Source: Candidatus Latescibacterota bacterium (lineage in GTDB: Bacteria > Latescibacterota > CBDEFO01). From it: DNA of 64,000 nt. The translations under genes and the position numbers were made by a program. Shown here piece after piece: positions 52,541-61,951 of the stretch. Position 1 is the stretch's first letter. Every line of letters begins with the position of its first letter. The stretch is from NCBI GenBank assembly GCA_965237525.1, contig CBDEFO010000006.1, positions 352,001-416,000 on the forward strand, in the 5' to 3' direction. The notes beneath the pieces were generated by a model, which was not told the origin of the DNA, did no database searches, and was given only the letters and a program-made list of their open reading frames with translations.

Positions 52541-52944
52541 CCTCCCCAACAGTTTGATCTGCGATGTATCGATGATCTATCGCATTTCTCATAACGCTCA
52601 AGAAGAATAGCCCGCCATTTCTGACGGGACGTGCCCTGGAGAGAGGAAGGAACAGAGATAGAGATTCCCACTCTCGAGGCTCATCTGCTTGCTCCCATTA
52701 TCACTTCACGCTATGTCTGGCCCGCACAGTTCCTCAATCCAATATAGTTAGCTAATGCCACAACATTGTACACCTCGAAAGGGTAGATTCATAATGTGTC
52801 TGACCATCTCTACTATGTCCTGATCTTGGTGGGTGAACCTCCATTCTGTCTCCTTTAAGGAGAGATGGAAATATTGCTTGGCTACACCTCGAAAAGATAT
52901 AGAAAGTGCTTAGCGTATGACCAAAAGCCATCAATTCCATTTAG

Positions 52945-53193
52945 CCCGAATAATTCACAAAAAAACGACGTGTATTAATTAAGCGATTGTATTATATTAT
53001 AGTTATGCGGTTTAACCACCTTCGGTATCATTGCGAGCCGAAGGCGAAGCAATCTCGATTCTGTGGTAGACGTAATACTCTCCGGCTCTCATAGGAGACC
53101 ACTATAAAACCTTGAGATTGCTTCCCCTATAGACTCAATCGGGGACCGCTTTGCTCCTCGCAATGACTCCACCAAGTTTATGAATTAATCGGG
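52945..53193. mobile_element. MITE (249 bp) with TTAG target duplication
   Basis: 17-bp IRs CCCGAATAATTCACAAA / TTTATGAATTAATCGGG (2 mismatches); TTAG at 52941-44 and 53194-97. Confidence 0.8.
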
Positions 53194-53404
53194 TTAGATG
53201 GTCTCTACTATTGGTATGTCCTTTGTCTACCTCGACTAGAGCCTGCTTACCACGGATAGATACAGAAACGTAAGCATGCCAATCATCCGTATAGCAGAGA
53301 CTACCCGGCTTAGTATGTTGGGTAATGCGGAGAACGATTACTTGTCTACTTCGAGACGGGACAGGAGAAGTCGATACTTTCCCATTTGTCTGATACATTC
53401 CATC

Positions 53405-53460
53405 CCCGACCCTCCCCGATTGAATCTATCGGGGATCAGTCAATCGGGGGTTCAATCGGG
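53405..53460. repeat. Three nested micro-elements (19+18+19 bp)
   Basis: Removal leaves ATC|GAC and restores the transposase frame. Confidence 0.85.
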
Positions 53461-53651
53461 GACAGTAACCTTACCTTCAGAACCCCAACCTGGCTTACCT
53501 GATCTCTTGCCACCAAACCTAGTCCCATCCATCTCTATCTCTCCACAAAGGAGTCTCAGTTCTTCCAGGGAGTCCTGATAGATATCAAGGTGAACTACGC
53601 GGTAGACACGTTCAATAGTATGTAGGTGTATTGGAACTCGGAACCTTAACC

Positions 53652-53670
53652 CCCGATAGATTCAATCGGG
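53652..53670. repeat. Single 19-bp micro-element in a CC|GG site
   Basis: CCCGATAGATTCAATCGGG; absent at the homologous position ~51787. Confidence 0.9.
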
Positions 53671-54109
53671 GGTAAGCCGGAACCGCAAGACAAAAAGACT
53701 CAAGCAACCTTCCCTTCCAATAAGGAGACACTTTGCTCCTGGACCAGTAGGCTTTAGTTCGGAAATGATAGTCTCTACGACACGCTTGACAACCATAGCG
53801 ACCATCCGATAATTTCCAAAATTCGATACACCTGCAGCAGCTGCATTTTCGCACATCATAATACGCAGTAATACTCGATTATTCGCAAGATATTGAGGTC
53901 TATGATGTTGTAGTCTTACCAACAAATAAGCCGCTTAACCAGATCAACTCTTAAGGTAAGTGGCTTATAATCAGGCTGTTATCTTATATTAGTATATGTA
54001 AGCTATTCTTCTGTTTCGGGAGACCGCATATTTACACTCATCGTGACACACTGTAACGTCTTACGTGACATCTCTTTAAGGAGTCGCCCCCGATTGCATC
54101 TATCGGGGG

Positions 54110-55531
54110 TCAAGCTTTGCGGAAGTCCTCAGGTGACATGCCGTACTTGCTTATCATCCTGTGGAAACTTTGACGCTCAATACCTGCCCTTTTAGCTGCT
54201 TCGGTGACGTTGCCTGCTGTAGCTCTTAGGGCCTCACGAACGAATTTCTTTTCAAAGGCTTCAAGGACGCTTTTTCTTGCCTGCTTCAAATTGGTGCTCA
54301 CCAAGGGAATGTCCATTTCAACCGTTCTGTCCTCCGATCTTACCCTTTCAGGGAGAGATCTGGGTAGGATCACCTCCCCCTTTTCTATAACGACACACCT
54401 TTGAATGACATTTTTCAGTTCTCGCACATTGCCAGGCCAATCATACCCAAGGAGAATCTCCAACGTTTCATCGGACATGAGCTTAATTTTCTTCCTTAAG
54501 CTGCTCTTATATTTGGTCAGAAAATGGTCGGCTAGAAGTGTGATGTCATCCCGCCTTTCCCTTAAAGGTGGAAGATAAATCGGTATCACGTTGACTCGAA
54601 AATAAAGGTCTTCCCTGAAATTACCCTTTTTCACCTCGCTTTCCAAATCCTTATTGGTCGCCACAATAAACCGGGCATCGACTTTGAGAGTCTGATTGCC
54701 TCCGAGTCTTTGAAACTCTCTTTCTTGAAGGACCCGAAGGAGTTTCTGCTGCAGGTTTAAAGAGAAGCCGGCTATTTCATCCAGGAATATCGTCCCGTCT
54801 TTTGCCACTTCAAACTTCCCCGCTTTCCTGGCTGTCGCTCCTGTGAACGCCCCTGTCTCATATCCAAACAGCTCGCTTTCCAGAAGTTCGCTGGGCAAAG
54901 CTGTGCACTTAATCGCCACGAATGGTCCCGAAGACGACTCGCTGTTGTTATGGATCGCCCTTGCCACCAATTCCTTGCCAGTGCCGCTTTCCCCCTGAAT
55001 CAAAACGGTCGTGGCGTTTGGCGTCGCGGTTACAGCGCCCATGGTCTTGCAAACCTCCTGCATCCCAGGATCGTTGCCGATCAAGGTATCTTCAGAGTAA
55101 TATGAATCAAGCTTGGCGCGAAGGTCTTTGATCTCCTCTCTCATACGTCGGGCTTCCAAAGCTCGCCGCGCGGTGATCCTGACCTTATCCACATCCAGAG
55201 GCTTGGTGATATACTCGTAAGCTCCAAGTTGCACAGCCCTTATTGCCGTTTGCATCGTTCCGAAGCCCGTGATGATTACCACCGGGACGTCCAACCCCAT
55301 CTTCTTGATCTTCTCCAGTACCTCTAAGCCGTCCATCTTCGGCATAGACACGTCCATGAACGCAAGGTCCGGCTCTTCTTTCTGTATAGCCTCCAGCCCT
55401 CCAACACCGTCCCCTTCCGAGATGGTTCGATAGCCCTCCTTTTCAAACATCTTTTTAAAGGCGAAGACTATATTGGGGTCGTCGTCAACGATGAGTATCT
55501 TTTTCCTGCTCATTATGAATACAACCTCCAA
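54110..55531 (-). CDS. Sigma-54-dependent response regulator (NtrC family)
   Basis: Receiver VDDD..D..MPKMDG; GESGTGKE, GAFTGA, FLDEI, WPGNVREL; Fis HTH. Confidence 0.95.
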   Translation of the reverse strand: MEVVFIMSRKKILIVDDDPNIVFAFKKMFEKEGYRTISEGDGVGGLEAIQKEEPDLAFMDVSMPKMDGLEVLEKIKKMGLDVPVVIITGFGTMQTAIRAVQLGAYEYITKPLDVDKVRITARRALEARRMREEIKDLRAKLDSYYSEDTLIGNDPGMQEVCKTMGAVTATPNATTVLIQGESGTGKELVARAIHNNSESSSGPFVAIKCTALPSELLESELFGYETGAFTGATARKAGKFEVAKDGTIFLDEIAGFSLNLQQKLLRVLQEREFQRLGGNQTLKVDARFIVATNKDLESEVKKGNFREDLYFRVNVIPIYLPPLRERRDDITLLADHFLTKYKSSLRKKIKLMSDETLEILLGYDWPGNVRELKNVIQRCVVIEKGEVILPRSLPERVRSEDRTVEMDIPLVSTNLKQARKSVLEAFEKKFVREALRATAGNVTEAAKRAGIERQSFHRMISKYGMSPEDFRKA

Positions 55532-56514
55532 AGGGCAGAAAGACTATATCTTTCTGTTTGTGGCTGTATTGTCAGCCCTTAGTATCTGCTGTTGGCTACA
55601 ATGGATTTCTTCTGAGTTGTCAAGACATTTTTGGCATCAGCTCAAGGCAAGTGTCAGGCCGCCTTTCCATAGGTAATTCTCTAAAATGTCTGATGCCGAT
55701 GTGTTTCCAATGGAAGCTGTCGGGCCTGTCCCTACTGCGTCCTCTTCACTATCTCTTTATCGTTTGAAGATGTCTGGCTCATGCTCACATGACCTCCTTC
55801 GGGTATAGGTACTGATAAGTATGCATCTTCTTACCCCTCCCAGATTCTGTCCGGCGAACTCAGACAAAATATAAGGTTCATCCTCTGACTCCATAAGTCT
55901 AATTGAGCTGGCAGCACAAAGACGCAGTTTCTGTATTGACTTCCATAGGAATCTAAGTAGTTTTATCAGTCAGGTCAACAAAAATCAGAATCGTCAACAA
56001 GAGCCAGTGCGTAGCGTCGAATTTCTGGTGCTGTTGGCCTTCGTGATGATTGGCGTATTGTCCATCTCCAGAAGCTTCTTGGATAAGCACGTTAAAGATG
56101 GCGGGCTGTGTCTTCGAGGGCAGCCAGTTCTTTTTTCTTGACCCTTCTGGGCTATAAGTACACGTAACGCGTCCAAACTGATTGTAATCCCACCATTGTG
56201 GAACGTGTCCACGTAAAACACTTTGAGCAGGTGCTTGGTCAACTGCTGTATCACCTCGAAAACTGAAAACTGTTGGCAATGTAAATTATGCTGTGTCTAA
56301 TTTAAGTGTATAAATAAAGAAGGTAGTTCTATGGCGAATCGTAATAAAAGAAGACAGGTGGATATCTAATTGCAGGAGAAAAGCACCAGGCTGCCTGACG
56401 ATATCTGGCCGCAAGAGGGATGCAGGTCCCGTAGCGCATTTGTAGACCAGCCAGCGCAGCGGTACGCAATACGGCTGCGCAATACGGCTACAAAAGGCGA
56501 ATGTTAAGTACAGT

Positions 56515-56880
56515 TTAAGGCTGGCTATCGGGATAGCGCCGAGCGGGATCTGCAGGTGGGGGACAAGTGAGAAGCTACAGGCACGGAGGTTTTATATGAG
56601 AAAGCAGAGAAGAAGATGACGAGAGATCAATGGGCTATCCTAAAGGTGGGGCTGTGTACTTTGTGAACCTCGACCCCACTATTGGTTCAGAGATCAAAGA
56701 GACTCAGCCTGCTGTTATTAGCCATAACGACGTCGGCAATCAGTGCAGCCCTGCAAATATTATAACGGCCATTATCAGCAGCGAAAAGCAGCCCAACCGG
56801 TATAAGTTGAGGTGAAAGCCCGGGAAGGAGGTTCGGACGATGATTCACTGATCTTACTACGTCAGATCAGGTCCAGCGAA
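56515..56880 (+). pseudogene. Decayed MazF/PemK toxin with upstream antitoxin remnant
   Basis: YFVNLDPTIGSEIKETQPAVI..NDVGN, then frameshifted EVKAREGG..DSLILLRQIRS; upstream GYRDSAERDL..*E. Confidence 0.75.
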
Positions 56881-56900
56881 TCGCGTTTGACAAATTCTTT

Positions 56901-57323
56901 TCATCTGTAGACAAGCGAGGAAACTATCCCGGAACCCAGGCCTTTGAGCATTCCAGCCGCAACCCAACCCAGTGTGAGCACAAGAGGTATGGGCATATAG
57001 CAGTAGGTCGCCAATTGGACTGACCCCAGAACCAATCCCACATATAAACCGTAGCGGAACCCTTCGCCAATCCCCTTTCCTTCATAGTTGCGGGTAAAGA
57101 TAAAGGCCGCGATAACAGAAAAGCATATCTGGCCCAGGAACAGGTAGACCATTTTGTGTTCTCCCTCCGGGCGCCACAGTTGCGCTGTTTGGTCATAAAT
57201 ACCCTTTAAGATAACACCATGGAATAGCCACTCGAACAAAAACACGAATACAAATACAGCAATTGAAGAAATTATGAAACGTTTAACATTCATGATTCCC
57301 TCCCTTAATATATCTGCTGCCAC
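56901..57323 (-). CDS. Four-helix membrane protein (DUF1761-like); start probably ATG 57293
   Basis: EWLFHGVILKGIY..LWRP, EGFRYGLYVG. Confidence 0.7.
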   Translation of the reverse strand: MAADILREGIMNVKRFIISSIAVFVFVFLFEWLFHGVILKGIYDQTAQLWRPEGEHKMVYLFLGQICFSVIAAFIFTRNYEGKGIGEGFRYGLYVGLVLGSVQLATYCYMPIPLVLTLGWVAAGMLKGLGSGIVSSLVYR

Positions 57324-57615
57324 CTCCCAGCAACATAGCCTTGTACATTAAGAATCCCCTCAAAAGAGTCTCTTATCTTTATAAATATTCAGACCGGCAC
57401 AACAGACCAGCCAGCGCCAGATCAGTCATGCTGTCCCGAGTTTATGGAACAAATTCCCAGTTGCTTTCGTCGATTATACTATTTAGTTTACCCAGGTAGA
57501 AGACTCACCTGGTCTTAAATCAAGATAGACCTAATTAAGGGTCAATATACTTGGGTAGCCTGGATTCAGCGGCTATGCTGCGGGTCGATCAGGAAATCTT
57601 GAGAAACCTGGATTT

Positions 57616-58308
57616 TTATTCCAGTGGACGATGTTTGAGAAGCTTTGGAGGTCTTACGATAGTCCTCTGCTCCCAGCTGTTCCAGTCGTCCAAGAATCTT
57701 TTCAATCCTATGTCCGTAAGCGGGTGCTTTGTCAACTTCCGTATCACATCAAGGGACATTGTGGCAATATGTGCTCCCATCAGTGCTGCCTCTACCACGT
57801 GTTTGGAGGACCTTATGCTCGCCACTATCACCTCACAGGGAAAGTCGTAGTTGTCTATAATGGCCACAGACTGCTCGACAAGCTCCATCCCAGAATGACC
57901 TATGTCGTCCAGTCTCCCCACAAATGGACTCACGTAAGATGCCCCTGCTTTCATAGCTACTAGTGCCTGAGTTGCCGAGAAGATCAGCGTTGTATTGATA
58001 CCTATCCCTTCGGAAGAGAGCTTCTTTATCGCCTTTAGTCCCTCTTCCCCTATGGGAACCTTAACGCATATCTTCTGATGGAGTTTTGCCAACCTTCTGC
58101 CCTCTTCGATCATCCCCTCGGCGTCTGTACTTACCACCTCTGCGTTGACAGGACCGTTCACTATATCACAGATCGTAAGGAGTATCTCCTCGAATGTGCC
58201 CTCTTCCTTGGACATCAGAGATGGATTCGTAGTAACACCGTCCAAAATGCCCAAAGCGGCCGCCTGTTTAATATCATCTATACTGGCTGTGTCTATGAAG
58301 AATTTCAT
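57616..58308 (-). CDS. fsa: Transaldolase / fructose-6-phosphate aldolase family
   Basis: [40 protein letters not shown]. Confidence 0.93.
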   Translation of the reverse strand: MKFFIDTASIDDIKQAAALGILDGVTTNPSLMSKEEGTFEEILLTICDIVNGPVNAEVVSTDAEGMIEEGRRLAKLHQKICVKVPIGEEGLKAIKKLSSEGIGINTTLIFSATQALVAMKAGASYVSPFVGRLDDIGHSGMELVEQSVAIIDNYDFPCEVIVASIRSSKHVVEAALMGAHIATMSLDVIRKLTKHPLTDIGLKRFLDDWNSWEQRTIVRPPKLLKHRPLE

Positions 58309-58466
58309 AGCTTTCTCCTATCTACAAGTAGACAGTAGGTATTTGCAGGGGCTGGGTAATCTATAGGATTACACAAGAATTCCCCTCTACTGTTTAAGCA
58401 AACACGTGGGCCTGTCCCCGAATGGCTTAATCGGGGATCGCCCCAACATTCCGTCTCTCTGGCCAC

Positions 58467-59672
58467 TTATGAACTTTCCTCTCCTTCTTCGTCTGAACCC
58501 TTGCCCTCTTCTTCTTTTGATTCTGTATCCGTTGATTCTGTATCCGTTGTCTCAACCGGTTCTTCCTGTTCCTCTTCTTGCTCCTCTTCTTCCTGTGGCT
58601 CTTTATCCTCCTTTTCCAGCAAGTTATCCTGATCCTTTTTCATCCTCAAAATCAGATATATAATGGCCTGACCGGAACTGAACACGCTCAAGGAATAGGA
58701 ATATACTATTCCTATGACTGTCAAAAGCATAATAGCTAATATTCTGCCCGACCAGAGCAGGACTCCCGTCGGATCAGTCTGAGCGTCGGGAAGGCATGTC
58801 CGCAGGCTGAGATACGCCGGGCCACCCTTGAAAAAGCAAAAGAGATTCTCGGGGACATACCAAAGGGCTGCTTGCATCATGAGCGACAACTTCTCATCCA
58901 TGAAAAGGCCGAGCGCTCCGTTGATAAGGATCAGAGCCTGAAGGACGAAAAAACCGAATATGACCGTCACAAGAACGACGACGAACTTAAGCCAACCCCC
59001 GTACAGGATCAGCCTCCAAGGTTGGCTCCACACTGTCGAGAAGGACTCTATAACGGTACCTATGGTGTCCTCCTCAGCAGTCCCGACTATGGCGGGGGCA
59101 AGAAAGAGGGATGCCAAGAAGACAAGCACCATGTAGATAGTTATCAAAGATACAAGGAATATCGGCAAAAGGAAGACTGCAAAGGCTACCTCGCCCACAT
59201 ACGGTATATAGTGTGCGATGACACCTATTATTATAGCGCATACCACCAAGAAAGCGATCATAAAGAGTACGAAAAACGGGGAAAGGATGGCAGCTCTCCA
59301 GTTTCCTCTGGCAAATTTAAAGGCGTCTCCTGAAGAATAGAAGTCGTCCCCCTTGAGCTGTTGATAGGCTACCTTGCATATCATAGCTGATGTAAAGAGC
59401 AGAATGGCCAGGACAATCACATACCCCAAAATGATGAAGACGCAGCCGTGCCAGCTCAAGTCCATCCCGATCACTCTGGGAAAGAGGCCGTAGGTATCCC
59501 AAATTGTGCCGATTGACTTTGAGCTGCCAGCTAGGATGGCTATGTGCGTAAGGATGAAGTGGACGACATAACCAGCGGCGATGCCGAGGAATGCTATCCA
59601 GATCTTCTTACCGCTTGAGCCGAGCCGAGAAGCGCTGAAGATGTCCCGAATGTCGAAGCGTAAATCTTGCAA
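58467..59672 (-). CDS. Multi-pass membrane protein with acidic C-terminal tail
   Basis: 401-aa hydrophobic ORF, E/D-rich tail. Confidence 0.75.
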   Translation of the reverse strand: MQDLRFDIRDIFSASRLGSSGKKIWIAFLGIAAGYVVHFILTHIAILAGSSKSIGTIWDTYGLFPRVIGMDLSWHGCVFIILGYVIVLAILLFTSAMICKVAYQQLKGDDFYSSGDAFKFARGNWRAAILSPFFVLFMIAFLVVCAIIIGVIAHYIPYVGEVAFAVFLLPIFLVSLITIYMVLVFLASLFLAPAIVGTAEEDTIGTVIESFSTVWSQPWRLILYGGWLKFVVVLVTVIFGFFVLQALILINGALGLFMDEKLSLMMQAALWYVPENLFCFFKGGPAYLSLRTCLPDAQTDPTGVLLWSGRILAIMLLTVIGIVYSYSLSVFSSGQAIIYLILRMKKDQDNLLEKEDKEPQEEEEQEEEQEEPVETTDTESTDTESKEEEGKGSDEEGEESS

Positions 59673-59880
59673 TGTTCCCCCCCCTTTTTGTAAGCAGACA
59701 GCAGCAGTAAAGAGGGTTTCCTCTCCTCCCTATCTACTGTCTGTCTACTTCGATACTTTTGGAAACTTACTGTTGCAGTTTGTTGTAAAGAGTTACACTT
59801 GATGATCGATTTGCACAAAATATAGCCACTTATCTAAGATATGTCAACACATTTTTGAAGAGACGCTTTCTGCAAAAGGG

Positions 59881-60365
59881 CTAATTACCCAAATAGGCCT
59901 CCTTAACGCGACTGTCTTGTGCAAGGTCTGATACCTTGCCTTTTATAGCTATTCTGGCCGTCTCAAGGACATATCCTCTGTTAGCAAGGTGCCAGGCTAA
60001 AGTTGCGTTCTGTTCGACGAGCAAAACCGTGATACCTCTTTTATGTATCTGATTTATAATATCTGCTATCCTCGACACAAATTTGGGACCCAATCCCATG
60101 TGGGACCTAATCCCACTCTCACAGGAGACCACTATAAAAACTTGAGATTGCTTCCCCGATAGACTCAATCGGGGACCGCTTTGCTCCTCGCAATGACTCC
60201 AGCAAGTTTATGAATTAATCGGGTTAAATAGGTTGTTCTTTCCAGCTCCGTTTGGACCTATCAAACTGACGGTGTTCCCTTTTTTACGTCCACACTTGTG
60301 TCGCTTATCGCGCTTAAGCCCTCGAACTTTTTCGTTATGTTTTTTACGCTCAGAATAGGCAAGTC
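59881..60365 (-). pseudogene. Remnants of branched-chain amino acid ABC ATPases (LivG N-terminus, LivF C-terminus) joined through a partial MITE at ~60113-60223
   Basis: ILSVKNITKKFEGLSAI; MGLGP..LLVEQNA..RGYVLETARI..VKEAYLG. Confidence 0.75.
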
Positions 60366-60514
60366 GTTTCTCAAGTAAATAGTGGTCAGTAGACAGGGCA
60401 CTTCCCTCATCCTAAACTGCCATTGCCAGCACCCCCGATTGACTCTATCGGGAGGATGCAATCTCACTTAGACTGGCTATTTCCGTACGCTGTCTGCTAC
60501 CTTGTCAGTCCTAT

Positions 60515-61741
60515 TCAGTTATCAGCTACCTTCTCGATCTTGTTTGATGCCCACTCAGCATAGTAGGAAACGCTCTTGTCGTTATCGTTGAGGTGGTCTC
60601 GAAGGGGTTCTAAGGCCTGCTTATCGCCTATCTTTCCTAATGCCAGGGCCGCATTCCAGCGGACAGCAGCAGATGTGTCGCCAAGAGCCTCGATAAGTGC
60701 AAAGACAGCGCCTTTTGCCGAAATTCTCCCCAGAGCCTGCGCGGCAGATGAGCGGATCAGCGCATCACTATCCTTCAGTGTACTTATCAACTGCTGTTCT
60801 AAAGTACTCCCGGCCTCTATTAAAGCATCTATAGCGCTGAACCTGCTTATATTATCCTGGCTTTTGAGGGCGTTCAAGAGGTAGTCTGTTCCCTTCTTGT
60901 TGCCAAGCTGGCTGAGCGAAGTAGCGGCCCACAGCTGAACCATGTTCTCCTCGTCGTTCAGAAGAGGTAGTAGAGGATCCAATGCGGACATGTCTCCTAT
61001 AGGCCCAAGCGCCCTGGCGGAGTTTCTGCGAACTGAATCATCGTCACTCTTGAGATCTGTTATCAGGGCGTCCTTCATATCACGTAAAATATCTTGAATG
61101 TTTTCTTTAATTTCCTTATTTTCTTTATCCCCTAAAGACGATACAAGAGCCCGCACAGAATGATGTCCCGCATCTTTGATCCCATCCGACGCTATCCTGG
61201 ACTCGTTGGGGTCTTCTCTCTTTAGGCCCTCTATCAGCGCCTCACATCCGTATTCGTATCCTAACTTGCACAGGGCTACAGCTGCAGCCATGTGGAGTTC
61301 GTAGTTGTCGCTTTTAAAAAGGGCATCTACATTCTCCGGTTCTGTAGCCTCATTTTCTATCTCCCCAAGCGCCCACGCCATCTTTTTGCGTACATCGTCG
61401 GGATATGCATCTGAAAGGTACGACACCAGCGTAGCAGCGGCAGGTTTATATCTTATCGTGCCTAACAGAGTAGCTGCCGCAAGTCGGATATTGTTCCTTT
61501 CACCTTTGTGCTCTCTGAAGTTCTTGCCTGTGTACCACGCGTCTGGAAGCCAGACGATTATCTTTCTGGCCGATGTCCTGTCAAATTCGATCAGTTTTTG
61601 CATCGTTTTGTTCCACACATCTGATCCTTTTGGAGCCCAGGCTGCTCTGTCTATTTCATTCCTTATCTGCTCATCGGTGGTGGCACATCCAGATGCCAAC
61701 AAAACGACAGAAAGGAACATCAACACTTTAAATGTGGGCAT
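60515..61741 (-). CDS. HEAT-repeat lipoprotein
   Basis: Lipobox LASGC; repeated VRxxAAxALGxIGD. Confidence 0.85.
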   Translation of the reverse strand: MPTFKVLMFLSVVLLASGCATTDEQIRNEIDRAAWAPKGSDVWNKTMQKLIEFDRTSARKIIVWLPDAWYTGKNFREHKGERNNIRLAAATLLGTIRYKPAAATLVSYLSDAYPDDVRKKMAWALGEIENEATEPENVDALFKSDNYELHMAAAVALCKLGYEYGCEALIEGLKREDPNESRIASDGIKDAGHHSVRALVSSLGDKENKEIKENIQDILRDMKDALITDLKSDDDSVRRNSARALGPIGDMSALDPLLPLLNDEENMVQLWAATSLSQLGNKKGTDYLLNALKSQDNISRFSAIDALIEAGSTLEQQLISTLKDSDALIRSSAAQALGRISAKGAVFALIEALGDTSAAVRWNAALALGKIGDKQALEPLRDHLNDNDKSVSYYAEWASNKIEKVADN

Positions 61742-61951
61742 ATCTTCCTCCTTAAAGAAGTAGACAGTAGGCAGCAGACAGTAGACAGGGGAACACTTCC
61801 CCTCCCTGGAGATTGTCCCCGATTGCTTCGCTTGGCTGGCAATGACAGTCGTAAGGGACTTACAGTGACGTTGCTTAGGTCTGTCATTTCCAAGGGTGTC
61901 CTCAGCGTCATAGCAAGGGCGCTCGCCCCGAAGTAATCTCCCCGTATCCTG

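Larger units (their letters stand above)
52751..53920 (-). mobile_element. IS1595-family remnant interrupted by a MITE and micro-elements
   Basis: Ends GGTAAGACTACAACATCATAG (53920) and GCTAATGCCACAAC (52751); IEMD, YTDDW, HLNGIDGFWSYAK motifs. Confidence 0.85.

Noticed and set aside
55540..56280. Sensor kinase remnant upstream of the NtrC regulator
   Set aside because: Plausible from context, but too decayed to show H, N or G boxes.
4291..60452. CRISPR array made of the palindromic repeats
   Set aside because: Copies are dispersed or nested, not regularly spaced with unique spacers, and no cas genes are present.
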